A program made the position numbers and the translations under genes. This document shows positions 32,246-41,630 of a stretch of DNA of 64,000 nucleotides, one piece after another. Below the pieces are notes generated by a model. That model was not told the origin of the DNA, made no database searches, and saw only the letters and a list, made by a program, of their open reading frames with translations. This DNA is from an uncultured Aliarcobacter sp. Its GTDB lineage: Bacteria; Campylobacterota; Campylobacteria; Campylobacterales; Arcobacteraceae. The stretch is taken from NCBI GenBank assembly GCA_963677435.1, contig OY781945.1, positions 544,001 to 608,000 of the forward strand, in the 5' to 3' direction. The first letter of the stretch is position 1. Every line of letters starts with the position of its first letter.

Positions 32246-33255
32246 AAACATTTGAACACGGTGGACAAATAGAAAAATTTGCCTTTGATTTAGGCTGTAG
32301 TGTAAATGAGATAATTGATTTATCTTCAAATATAAATTTTGTAAAACCCCAAATCAATATTGATTTTAACACTTTAGATATTTCATCATATCCTACTTAT
32401 GACAAATTATATGAAAAAATATCTTCAAATTATGGAGTTCCAAGTTCTCAAATTGAGCTTTTCAACGGTGGAAGTAGTGCAATTTTTACTCTATTTAAAC
32501 ATCTAAATCTAAACTCTTGTACCATTTATTCACCTGCATATTTAGAGTATAAAAAAGCCTCTTTAAATTTTGGCTATGAACTAAATACAATAAACAGATT
32601 TGAAGATATAAATGAAAAAGTAAAAGAGAACTCTTTAGTAATATTCGTAAATCCCTCAACTCCTGATGGAAAATATTATGATTTAGAAGAGTTGATGCAA
32701 ACTTGGATTGAAAACTCTTGCACGATTTTAATAGATGAGAGTTTTTTAGATTTTTGTGATAAACCCTCAGCTATAAAATACCTAGAAACTTATGATAAAT
32801 TGTATATTCTAAAATCAATGACAAAGTTTTATTCAAGTGCAGGAATAAGAGTTGGAACAATAGTTTCAACACCGCAAAATATTGAAAAACTAAAAAGATT
32901 TGAGCCAATGTGGAAACTATCTCAATTTGACTCAAACTATTTACAAGTGGCTTTAGATGATAAACTTTTCAAAAATATCTCAAAAGCAATAAATATAAAA
33001 AATAAAATCGAGTTAGAAAATATCTTAAAAGAATCAGATTTAATCGAAGAGATTTTTGAAAGTAGTGCAAATTATTTGCTTGTTAAACTCTCAAACCTAA
33101 ATGCAAAAGAGTTTCAAGAGAAACTAAAACCATATAAAATAATGGTTAGAGATTGCTCAAATTTTGACTATTTAGATGAGCGATTTGTGCGAATTGCAGT
33201 TAAGAGTTCAAGTGCAAATGAGATTTTACAAAGGGCTTTAAAAGAGATATGTTAA
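32242..33255 (+). CDS. cobD: Threonine-phosphate decarboxylase-like PLP enzyme
   Basis: HGG, DLSSNIN, VNPSTPDG, IDESFLDF, KSMTKFYSSAGIRVG, VRDCSNF; cob context. Confidence 0.8.
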   Translation: MKTFEHGGQIEKFAFDLGCSVNEIIDLSSNINFVKPQINIDFNTLDISSYPTYDKLYEKISSNYGVPSSQIELFNGGSSAIFTLFKHLNLNSCTIYSPAYLEYKKASLNFGYELNTINRFEDINEKVKENSLVIFVNPSTPDGKYYDLEELMQTWIENSCTILIDESFLDFCDKPSAIKYLETYDKLYILKSMTKFYSSAGIRVGTIVSTPQNIEKLKRFEPMWKLSQFDSNYLQVALDDKLFKNISKAINIKNKIELENILKESDLIEEIFESSANYLLVKLSNLNAKEFQEKLKPYKIMVRDCSNFDYLDERFVRIAVKSSSANEILQRALKEIC

Positions 33256-33854
33256 TAGAAAATAGATTTTTAAAATATCTCTCTTTTTTAATCTCAGCCA
33301 TATTTATTGCCTATGTGATTTATCTAATCATCTCCTCTTTTTTTATAGTTAAAAATCAGTTCATAGATATTGGTGATGCGACTTATGTAAATCAAGTACG
33401 AACCGATGATTACACCATAAAACTAGCAACTTATCTAACAAAAGATTGTTCTTCAAATAAAGTTTGTGAAGTTCAATCAATGCTTGATTTTGTAACAGCA
33501 ATTCCCTATAAAATAAATGAAAGTATCGCAAGAAGTGCGAAACAAGTAGTTACTCAAAACTTTGGAGATTGTGATGATAAATCAAATCTTTTGATTTCAA
33601 TGTTAAAAGTCAAAGGTTATGAATCCTATTTTGTTTTAGTTCCAAAGCATATTTTTGTGATTGTAAATATGGAGCAAAAACTACAAAATTCAAAAGCTTT
33701 ATATATAAATGATAAAAGATTTTATATTTTAGAAAGCACAGCAAAAAATTCAAAAATAGCTTTTCCTTTGAAATATAGTTTTAATGAAATAGAAGCAATA
33801 GTTGATCCCTTTAATAATAAAAAATTAGTAATAAACAAATTGGAGTATAGATGA
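33249..33854 (+). CDS. Membrane-anchored transglutaminase-like cysteine protease
   Basis: N-terminal TM; GDCDDKS (Cys), PKHIF (His), ILEST (Glu). Confidence 0.75.
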   Translation: MLIENRFLKYLSFLISAIFIAYVIYLIISSFFIVKNQFIDIGDATYVNQVRTDDYTIKLATYLTKDCSSNKVCEVQSMLDFVTAIPYKINESIARSAKQVVTQNFGDCDDKSNLLISMLKVKGYESYFVLVPKHIFVIVNMEQKLQNSKALYINDKRFYILESTAKNSKIAFPLKYSFNEIEAIVDPFNNKKLVINKLEYR

Positions 33855-34537
33855 AAAATATAATAATAACAGGTGCCTCAAAAGGAATAGGTAGAGTTAT
33901 AGCTAAGAGTTTAAGAAAGAAATATCATATTATAAATATAGATATAGTTGAAAATAAAATGGACGGAGTTGATTTTTATAAATGTGATATATCTGATAAA
34001 GGGCAACTTCTAAAAACTATTAATAAAATCAAATCAAATGTTGATTCACTTTATGCACTTATAAATAATGCTGCGATTTTTTCACATAAAATCCTAGAAA
34101 AACAGACCTTTGAAGAGTGGGAAAATATTTTAAGTGTAAATCTAACAGCTCCGTATATTCTCTCAAAAGAGTTCGCAACTTTCTTAAAAGAATCCCAAGG
34201 ACACATCATAAATATCTCTTCAACAAGAGCTTTAATGAGTGAAGTAGGAACTGAAGCCTATAGTGCTTCAAAAGGTGGAATCTCATCTTTAACTCATGCT
34301 CTATCAATGTCACTAAGTCCAGAAGTAAAAGTAAACTCAATAAGTCCTGGTTGGATAAACACAGATGAAAACTATCTTCCTACAAAAAATGATAATTTCC
34401 AACATCCAAGTGGAAGAGTTGGAACTCCTGAAGATGTAGTTGATGTTGTTAAATTTTTACTAAAAAATAGAGGTTTTATAACTGGAAGTGATTTTGTAGT
34501 TGATGGTGGAATGACTAAGAAGATGATTTATGTTTAG
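33851..34537 (+). CDS. Short-chain dehydrogenase/reductase
   Basis: TGASKGIG, LINNAA, YSASKGG, VNSISPGWI, VDGG. Confidence 0.92.
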   Translation: MKNIIITGASKGIGRVIAKSLRKKYHIINIDIVENKMDGVDFYKCDISDKGQLLKTINKIKSNVDSLYALINNAAIFSHKILEKQTFEEWENILSVNLTAPYILSKEFATFLKESQGHIINISSTRALMSEVGTEAYSASKGGISSLTHALSMSLSPEVKVNSISPGWINTDENYLPTKNDNFQHPSGRVGTPEDVVDVVKFLLKNRGFITGSDFVVDGGMTKKMIYV

Positions 34538-34543
34538 GAATAT

Positions 34544-35806
34544 ATGATGGAAAAATCGAATCAACAAAGATTAGAAGAGTATTTAGTTGGAAAGAATGGT
34601 TATTTAAAAGAAAAGCTTTCAAATGGTAAAGTTATTATGCTTTCTGGAAAATGGGGAAGTGGTAAAACTCATTTTTGGCAAAATAAAATTCAAATTGTTT
34701 TAAATGATGAAAATAAAAGAATACCAAATCATTATATAAGTCTTTATGGAAAAACATCTATTCAAGAGATTAAAAATGAAGTATTTTTAAAAATATTTGA
34801 AAGTGTTGATTCTTTTGATTCAGAAGAAAAGATGAAGAAGATTGTTAAAGGTTCTATTGATTTAGTATCAAGTTTAACTAAATCTATCAGCGTATTTGGA
34901 ATGAGTTTGGATTTATCAAAGATTACAGATAAATCATTTGAAAAGATTGATAGTATATTAAATGATGAAAAATTAAAGAGAACAGAAAACTATCTAAATA
35001 GTGGATCAATAATCTGTTTTGATGACTTTGAAAGAAAATCAAAAGATATAGATCTAAATGATTTATTTGGATTTATCACTCAATTAACTCTAAATTTTAA
35101 TTGTAAAGTTGTAATTATTTTAAATGATGATGTATTTGAAGGCGAAGAAAAAAAGATTTTTTCAAATGTAAAAGAAAAATCTGTATCTAAGTTTCTAAAA
35201 TATGAGCCAAGTATTAAAGAACTTTTTGAAACTATTTTTAGTGAAGATAGATATAGAAAATTAGATGACTACAAAGAAATCATTTTGTCAACTATTGAAG
35301 AAACAGAAGAATTAAATGCAAGAATTTATATTCAAGTTTTAGATAATTTAGTTGAATGGATGATAAAAACTAATCTTACAAATCAGAATATTATTAAATA
35401 TTTTATTTTTGTGAATATAAATTTTGTTCTAAATCATTATGTTTTTAATTTAAAATTAATTGAAACCCCAGATATAAGAAATAATTGGATTAAATTCTTT
35501 ATACTTGAAGATGATTTAGAAAAAAGAGGATTAATTGACTATATAAGAATGTCAAGAAAATATTCAAACATAAATTATATAGAAGGACTTAAATCAATAA
35601 TTATAGATAAAAATATTGTAGGTTTAAAAATAGATAAAACTTTATTATTAGAATATGTAGAAAAAAATCAGGCATTAGTTAGAAGTTTGTATTATATATA
35701 TAGTTTTAACATAAATAAATTAGCAGAAAGTAATAATCAAGCTGAATACGATATTTTTAATAAAATCAACAACTTTATAGAAACAGGAATCCTAATAAAT
35801 GAATAA
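34544..35806 (+). CDS. KAP-family-like P-loop NTPase
   Basis: Walker A LSGKWGSGKT, YISLYG, Walker B ICFDDFER, KEK motif; divergent C-terminal half. Confidence 0.8.
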   Translation: MMEKSNQQRLEEYLVGKNGYLKEKLSNGKVIMLSGKWGSGKTHFWQNKIQIVLNDENKRIPNHYISLYGKTSIQEIKNEVFLKIFESVDSFDSEEKMKKIVKGSIDLVSSLTKSISVFGMSLDLSKITDKSFEKIDSILNDEKLKRTENYLNSGSIICFDDFERKSKDIDLNDLFGFITQLTLNFNCKVVIILNDDVFEGEEKKIFSNVKEKSVSKFLKYEPSIKELFETIFSEDRYRKLDDYKEIILSTIEETEELNARIYIQVLDNLVEWMIKTNLTNQNIIKYFIFVNINFVLNHYVFNLKLIETPDIRNNWIKFFILEDDLEKRGLIDYIRMSRKYSNINYIEGLKSIIIDKNIVGLKIDKTLLLEYVEKNQALVRSLYYIYSFNINKLAESNNQAEYDIFNKINNFIETGILINE

Positions 35807-35822
35807 TATCTAAATCCACAAT

Positions 35823-37202
35823 CTAAGTCAAAGGAAGTTCAATAATAAACTTTGCTCCAAACTGCGTATTTTGGACTTTTATTATTCCTTTAAAATAGTT
35901 TTTGATGATATAGTAAGTAATATACAATCCAAGTCCAGTTCCTTGGCTTTGGTGTTTTGTTGTGTAGTACATATCAAAAACTTTTTTTAAATCTTCTTCT
36001 TTTATCCCACCTGCATTATCTTCTATTTCAATATAAGCAAAACTATTTTTTTTGTAAGCTTTTATATTTATTTGTTTGTTTTCTATAGAATTACTAAGTA
36101 AGAAATCTCTTGAATTATTTAATATACTTAATAGTGCTTGTGTTAGTTTTGAATTATTTCCTATTAAAAAAATACTCTCTTTTGGGAACTCTTTTTTAAT
36201 AGTGATTTTATTTTCAGTGAAACTAGAATTTAATATAAAAAGTGTTCTCTCAATATTTTTTCCAATATCAACATTTTCAATAATATTATCAATATTTACA
36301 AATTCATCAAAACTATTTATTGTATTTGATAGATAATCAACTTTTGACATAATAGTATTAGTTTTTTCAGATAAATCCATATTTACATGTTCACTTAATT
36401 CATTTTCAATTTGAATACTACTTGCAATGGTTGAAATAATACATAGAGGTTGTCTCCATTGATGAGAGATATTTATAATCAACTCTTCCATTTGGGCAAA
36501 GTGAAATTGTTGTTGAATTAATTTTTCTTTTTCTAAATTCTCTTTTATTGCATTTTCTATTTTTACAGTAAGAGAAGCATTTAGTTCTAGTAACTCTTTT
36601 TCTTTTTGTGCTACTTTTTTAATTGAAGGTATTACAATAAATAAAGCTTCAAATAACAAAGTTAAAAGTGTACCAAATAGGATGTATTTTTCTCTTTTTA
36701 ATAATTCTGCTGTTTTTTTATCACTTTCCATTTGAAAAGCTAAAACAGCTTTATCTAAAAATGGTAATAGTTCAAAAGAGTTAAGCTCAATTTGTTTTAA
36801 TAAATCTGAATTATCTGTTTTATAAAAAGAAGTAACTAACTTTAAATAATTTACAACTTTTTCATTTAGATTGTCTTCTTTTGAAAAATATATATCTTTG
36901 ATTTCCTTAGATGTTAGATTCTCAATGATATAAGAGTGTTCTTTTGACATTAATTCAATTAGGCTTTTTAAATGTTGTTTTAAATTTTCATCTTTTGATT
37001 CATAATATCTTTTGGAAATAAGTGCAGTTTTTTGAGAAAGCATTCTTTGTTTACCACTAAGGTTTATGATTTCAGCATATATCTCTTGATTGTGGATTTG
37101 TTTACTCATTGTAAAATAAGCAAAAAATGCCCATGCAATTAAAGAGCCGAAAATTATAATATAAATAGATTTGATACTAAAGTTTTTTATTAACTTTTTC
37201 AT
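35823..37202 (-). CDS. Orphan sensor histidine kinase with a NarX/PilJ-type (P-box-like) periplasmic domain
   Basis: AEIINLSGKQRMLSQK after TM1; ISHQWRQPL; DNAGGI; GTGLGLY. Confidence 0.85.
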   Translation of the reverse strand: MKKLIKNFSIKSIYIIIFGSLIAWAFFAYFTMSKQIHNQEIYAEIINLSGKQRMLSQKTALISKRYYESKDENLKQHLKSLIELMSKEHSYIIENLTSKEIKDIYFSKEDNLNEKVVNYLKLVTSFYKTDNSDLLKQIELNSFELLPFLDKAVLAFQMESDKKTAELLKREKYILFGTLLTLLFEALFIVIPSIKKVAQKEKELLELNASLTVKIENAIKENLEKEKLIQQQFHFAQMEELIINISHQWRQPLCIISTIASSIQIENELSEHVNMDLSEKTNTIMSKVDYLSNTINSFDEFVNIDNIIENVDIGKNIERTLFILNSSFTENKITIKKEFPKESIFLIGNNSKLTQALLSILNNSRDFLLSNSIENKQINIKAYKKNSFAYIEIEDNAGGIKEEDLKKVFDMYYTTKHQSQGTGLGLYITYYIIKNYFKGIIKVQNTQFGAKFIIELPLT

Positions 37203-37364
37203 TTGATATTCTTTATTTTAAGTATTAATACATATACTTAGCTTTAGAATTATAACTATATTTTAAGTATGAATGTATATATATTATGTTCAAATTATAA
37301 CAATAAAATTTAAAAAAATAATAAAAAAACAAAAAAAATAATAAATTATGAAAGAATATGATTA

Positions 37365-38765
37365 ATGAATAAATTAAATAACATCTCAATTTTTGGAACT
37401 TCAAGTGATGCTGGAAAATCAACGATAACTTTTGTAATAGCAAAAATACTTCAAGATTTGGGGTTTTCTGTTGCACCTTTTAAAGCTCAAAATGTATCAA
37501 ACAACTCTCATGTTTGTGATGATGGAAGTGAGATTGCTATAGCTCAGTATTTTCAAGCTGAGGTTTTGGGCGTAAAAACTTCATATCATCTAAATCCAGT
37601 TTTATTAAAATCAGGTCGTGGAAGTTCGGCTTCGCTTATTGTTGAGGGGAAAGTTGTAACTTCTAAAGATGTTAGAGAATATTATAGGGATTTAGACCTA
37701 CTAAAACCTGCTGTAAAGAGATGTTTTGATTATTTGGATGCAAAGTATGATTGTGTTGTTTGTGAAGGTGCAGGAAGCCCTGTTGAGCTAAATCTCATGG
37801 ATAAGGATTTATCAAATATTTTTATGGCCACTGAATACAACACAAAAATCATTTTAGTGGCAGACATAGAAAAAGGTGGAGTTTTTGCTTCTATTTGGGG
37901 AGTTTATAATCTACTTCCTGAAAAGTTGAGAAAAAATGTAATAGGTGTAATAGTAAATAAATTCAGAGGTGATTTAACACTTTTTGATGAGGGAATTAGA
38001 ATCATAGAAGAGGATTTTAAAATTCCAGTTTTAGGAGTGTTGCCATATTTACCTTTTAATCTTGGATTTGAAGATAGTGCATCTTTGACAAACTTTGTTC
38101 AACAACCACGAAATAAAAAACTAGACATTGCAGTAATTGCATATCCATATATGAGTAACTACAATGATTTTGAACCATTGATTGCAGATGATGAGGTTTT
38201 TGTGGAGTTTGTGAGTTCCAATATTTCCCTTGAAAAGTTTGATTTAGTGATACTTCCAGGAAGTAAGCTTGTAATTAAAGACTTAAAATGGTTAAAAGAA
38301 ACTGGACTTTTTTCTCAAATACAAAACTATAAAAAAGATATTTGTGCCATTTGTGGTGGTTATGAAATGATGTTTGAAAATCTTGAAGATATTTATGCTT
38401 TAGAAAATGAAGAGCCTTCAAAAGAAGAGGGTTTTGCTTTTATATCTGATAATATCATTTTTGAAAAAGAGAAAATCTTAGAGAAAAAAACTTATGATTT
38501 ATTTGGTGAAAAAATTGATGGATTTGAAATACACCACGGAATGTGCCAAAATTATCCATTATCATTTGAAAAAGAAAATTTCAAAGGAACTTTTGTACAT
38601 CAGATTTTTGATAACAATGAATTTAGAACAAAATATTTTAAATCAATAAAAGCTGATTATCTAGGTTTTGATTTTCAAGAGTACAAAAAACAAACTCTTG
38701 ATAATTTTATAGGAACACTAAAAGAAAAACTAGATGTTGAATATATTCTAAAAAGTATAAGTTAA
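37365..38765 (+). CDS. cobQ: Cobyric acid synthase
   Basis: GTSSDAGKS, PFKAQNVSNNS, NPVLLK, EGAGSPVELN, DIEKGGVFA, VNKFRGD; GATase ICGGY and GFEIH. Confidence 0.95.
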   Translation: MNKLNNISIFGTSSDAGKSTITFVIAKILQDLGFSVAPFKAQNVSNNSHVCDDGSEIAIAQYFQAEVLGVKTSYHLNPVLLKSGRGSSASLIVEGKVVTSKDVREYYRDLDLLKPAVKRCFDYLDAKYDCVVCEGAGSPVELNLMDKDLSNIFMATEYNTKIILVADIEKGGVFASIWGVYNLLPEKLRKNVIGVIVNKFRGDLTLFDEGIRIIEEDFKIPVLGVLPYLPFNLGFEDSASLTNFVQQPRNKKLDIAVIAYPYMSNYNDFEPLIADDEVFVEFVSSNISLEKFDLVILPGSKLVIKDLKWLKETGLFSQIQNYKKDICAICGGYEMMFENLEDIYALENEEPSKEEGFAFISDNIIFEKEKILEKKTYDLFGEKIDGFEIHHGMCQNYPLSFEKENFKGTFVHQIFDNNEFRTKYFKSIKADYLGFDFQEYKKQTLDNFIGTLKEKLDVEYILKSIS

Positions 38766-40183
38766 AGAGCTTTTGCTTTTTTGATTATACTTTTTATCAT
38801 GTTATTAAATACAAAATAGTGTAGGGGAACTAAAATATACCAATACAATCTTCCCAATAAACCTTTTGGATAGAAGTATGCTGATTGGATTAGTTTGTTA
38901 TCTTTGATTTTAAACTCAAGCCAAGCCATTCCTGGAAGTTTCATTTGAGCAAATAATAAAAGTCTTTCATTTTGTTTTAAATCTACAACTTTCCAAAAAT
39001 CTAAACAATCACTAATTCTTAAATCACATTGGCTTCTTCTTCCTCGTTTTAATCCAACACCACCAATCATTTTGTCTATGATTCCCCTTATTTCCCATAA
39101 AAAGTCAAAATCAAACCAGCCATTTGTTCCACCTATACTTATGAATGATTGATAAACTTTTGATGCATTCAAATCTGAAATATCTATCTCTTTTCTATCT
39201 ATAAAAACAGCTTTTGAGATTTCATTTTGAGCATCTTTTTCCCAAATATTATATGAGTTGTCATTCCATCTACTTATTACTTGGTCGTTTTCTATCTCTT
39301 TTATTGCATTTGATACAGCATCTTCATATGATATTGGAGTTATCTCAGGGAAATATTTTTTTGCATTGTCATTTTGAATTACAACTTCTGATTTTAGTCC
39401 TTCAATCAAAGCTTTTGCAACACTAAAAGGAACAGGAGTAAAAAGGTTTAACCAATATGATGAGATATTTATAGACATAAAAGGAAGTGGAATAATAACT
39501 CTTTTTAAACCTAAAACTTTCGCAGTTTTTAACATCATACTTTTATAACTTAGTTGTTCACTTCCAATATCTACTATTAAATTTTCTTCTTCTTTTAAAT
39601 ATATTGAGTTATGCAGATATGATAAAACATCTTCAACGGCAATTGGTTGTGCTTTTGTAGTTACCCATTTTGGAGTTGTCATTATTGGAAGTTTTTCTGT
39701 TATATTTCTAATAATCTCAAAACTTGAACTTCCTGAACCAATTATAACTCCTGCTCGAACCCAAATAGTTTGAACATTTTTATATGAACTTAAAATTTCT
39801 CCCGTTTCTATACGACTTAAAAGATGTTCACTTGTATCACTGTTTTTAACACCTAGGCCACCCAGATAGATAACTTTTTTTACTTTACAAAAAGCAGCAG
39901 CTTCTAAAAAGTTTTTAGCTGATAATTTATCCAAATCTCTGTAATTATCTTTGCTTAAAGAGTGAATTAAATAATAGGCGACATCCACATCTTTTAGGGC
40001 AATTTTTAATGACTCTAAATCAAAAGTGTCACCTTGAACTATCTCTAATTTATCTTTTACTTCATTTGATAAACTACTTTTATTTCTAACTAAGAGCCTT
40101 AAATCTATATTTTTATCTTCAAGTAATCTTTTTTTCAGTCTTCTACCAATATATCCAGTAGAACCTGTAAGTAGAACTTTCAT
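38762..40183 (-). CDS. NAD(P)-binding extended SDR protein with a DUF2867-like C-terminus (YbjT-like)
   Basis: TGSTGYIG, YYLIHS, HLLSRIETG, IIGSGSSSFE, IGGTNGW, DFWKV, AYFYPKGLLGRLYW. Confidence 0.82.
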   Translation of the reverse strand: MKVLLTGSTGYIGRRLKKRLLEDKNIDLRLLVRNKSSLSNEVKDKLEIVQGDTFDLESLKIALKDVDVAYYLIHSLSKDNYRDLDKLSAKNFLEAAAFCKVKKVIYLGGLGVKNSDTSEHLLSRIETGEILSSYKNVQTIWVRAGVIIGSGSSSFEIIRNITEKLPIMTTPKWVTTKAQPIAVEDVLSYLHNSIYLKEEENLIVDIGSEQLSYKSMMLKTAKVLGLKRVIIPLPFMSINISSYWLNLFTPVPFSVAKALIEGLKSEVVIQNDNAKKYFPEITPISYEDAVSNAIKEIENDQVISRWNDNSYNIWEKDAQNEISKAVFIDRKEIDISDLNASKVYQSFISIGGTNGWFDFDFLWEIRGIIDKMIGGVGLKRGRRSQCDLRISDCLDFWKVVDLKQNERLLLFAQMKLPGMAWLEFKIKDNKLIQSAYFYPKGLLGRLYWYILVPLHYFVFNNMIKSIIKKAKAL

Positions 40184-40273
40184 TTTGACTCCTTTTAATA
40201 AACTAATGTTACTATTGCGTTAAGTTAATTATATCACTAATTAAAAATTTAAAAATAAGGAAATTGTCAGTTC

Positions 40274-41161
40274 ATGTTTTTTGAAGTAGCTTTGATAGCG
40301 TATATTATAGATATGATTTTTTCTGAATTCCAAAAGTTCAAATATTTTAAACATCCAATAATTTTTATGGGAGAGTATATCTCTTGGTTTGAAAAGAGGT
40401 TTTATAAGGATTCTATTTTTAGAGGTTTTCTTTTAACTCTTTCTTTGCTTTTTGTAGTTTATATTATTGTCTCTATTTTTGCCTTGATTGATAATATTTT
40501 TATTCAAGGATTATTGGCTTCATTTACACTTTCATCAAAAATGCTTTATGATGCTGTAAAAGATGTAATATCAAATGACAATATTGAAGATAAAAGATAT
40601 AAAATCTCTATGTTAGTTAGTCGTGATACTTCTACTCTTTCAAATAGTGATGTAAATAAAGCAGCAATAGAAACTTATGCTGAAAACTTAAGTGATGGAG
40701 TAATTGCTCCACTTTTTTATCTTTTGTGTTTTGGCCTTGTTGGAGCTTATTTATATAAAGCAATAAATACTCTTGATTCTATGGTTGGATATAGAAATGA
40801 TAAGTATGAGAAGTTTGGAAAGTTTTCTGCCCGACTTGATGATGTGGCGAATTATATTCCCTCACGAATTACAGCTTTAATAATAGCGCTTTTATTTTTT
40901 AGTAAAAAAGCATTTTTACAGTTTCATAAATATGGAAAAAAACATGAAAGTTTTAATGCAGGACTTCCTATATCAGCTTTTGCATTGGCTTTAAATGTTA
41001 AACTTGGCGGTCCTACTTCATATTTTGGAAAAATAAAGAATAAACCTTTTTTTGGAGATGGAAAAGAAAATATCGAAAATAGTGATGTTTTAAAAGCTGT
41101 AAGTTTTAAATACACCTTGGATATTTTTATAATAATTGTATTAATTTTAGGAGTTTTATGA
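40274..41161 (+). CDS. cbiB: Adenosylcobinamide-phosphate synthase
   Basis: HP, LVSRDT, AENLSDGVIAPLF, YKAINTLDSMVGY, ARLDDVANYIPSR, LGGPTSYFG. Confidence 0.93.
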   Translation: MFFEVALIAYIIDMIFSEFQKFKYFKHPIIFMGEYISWFEKRFYKDSIFRGFLLTLSLLFVVYIIVSIFALIDNIFIQGLLASFTLSSKMLYDAVKDVISNDNIEDKRYKISMLVSRDTSTLSNSDVNKAAIETYAENLSDGVIAPLFYLLCFGLVGAYLYKAINTLDSMVGYRNDKYEKFGKFSARLDDVANYIPSRITALIIALLFFSKKAFLQFHKYGKKHESFNAGLPISAFALALNVKLGGPTSYFGKIKNKPFFGDGKENIENSDVLKAVSFKYTLDIFIIIVLILGVL

Positions 41162-41592
41162 TGACTTATGAAGAGTGGTTTATCCAACAGGGTAATCTTC
41201 ACGCAAATGTAATGAAAAAATTAACTGACAAATCAGTTGATGAGGTAATAGAATATTTTAAATTTGAAAATATGGTAAAAAATGAGCCAGATTTTTGCCC
41301 ATTATATAAAGACAATAAAAAATGCCATGATATGGAAGATTTGAACTGTTATTTATGTGCTTGTCCAAATTTCAGATTTAAAATGGAAGGATTTGAGAAA
41401 ACAGACGATGGAAAAACTCTTTTTTCTGTTTGTAATATCAAATCACGAGATGGAAGTCAATATATTGGTGAAGATTATATTCACCAAAATTGTTCAGGCT
41501 GTATAGTGCCTCACAGGGCTAAATATATTAAAAAGAATTTTAATAGAAATTGGTTTGAAGTTATGAAAGATGTAAGACCTAAAGAGTCTTAA
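41158..41592 (+). CDS. Cysteine-rich small-domain (zf-like) protein
   Basis: FCPLY...CH....NCYLCACP...NCSGCIVPH; overlaps the cbiB stop. Confidence 0.7.
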   Translation: MMTYEEWFIQQGNLHANVMKKLTDKSVDEVIEYFKFENMVKNEPDFCPLYKDNKKCHDMEDLNCYLCACPNFRFKMEGFEKTDDGKTLFSVCNIKSRDGSQYIGEDYIHQNCSGCIVPHRAKYIKKNFNRNWFEVMKDVRPKES

Positions 41593-41593
41593 A

Positions 41594-41625
41594 AAAAAGC
41601 ACTCAATTTAATTTGAGTGCTTTTT
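41594..41625. terminator. Bidirectional intrinsic terminator
   Basis: AAAAAGCACTCAA-tttaat-TTGAGTGCTTTTT between convergent genes. Confidence 0.75.
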
Positions 41626-41630
41626 ATTTT

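Noticed and set aside
29271..40273. Cobalamin riboswitch upstream of the cob genes
   Set aside because: The intergenic regions are short or extremely AT-rich and lack a recognisable B12-box; a covariance search would be needed to exclude one fully.
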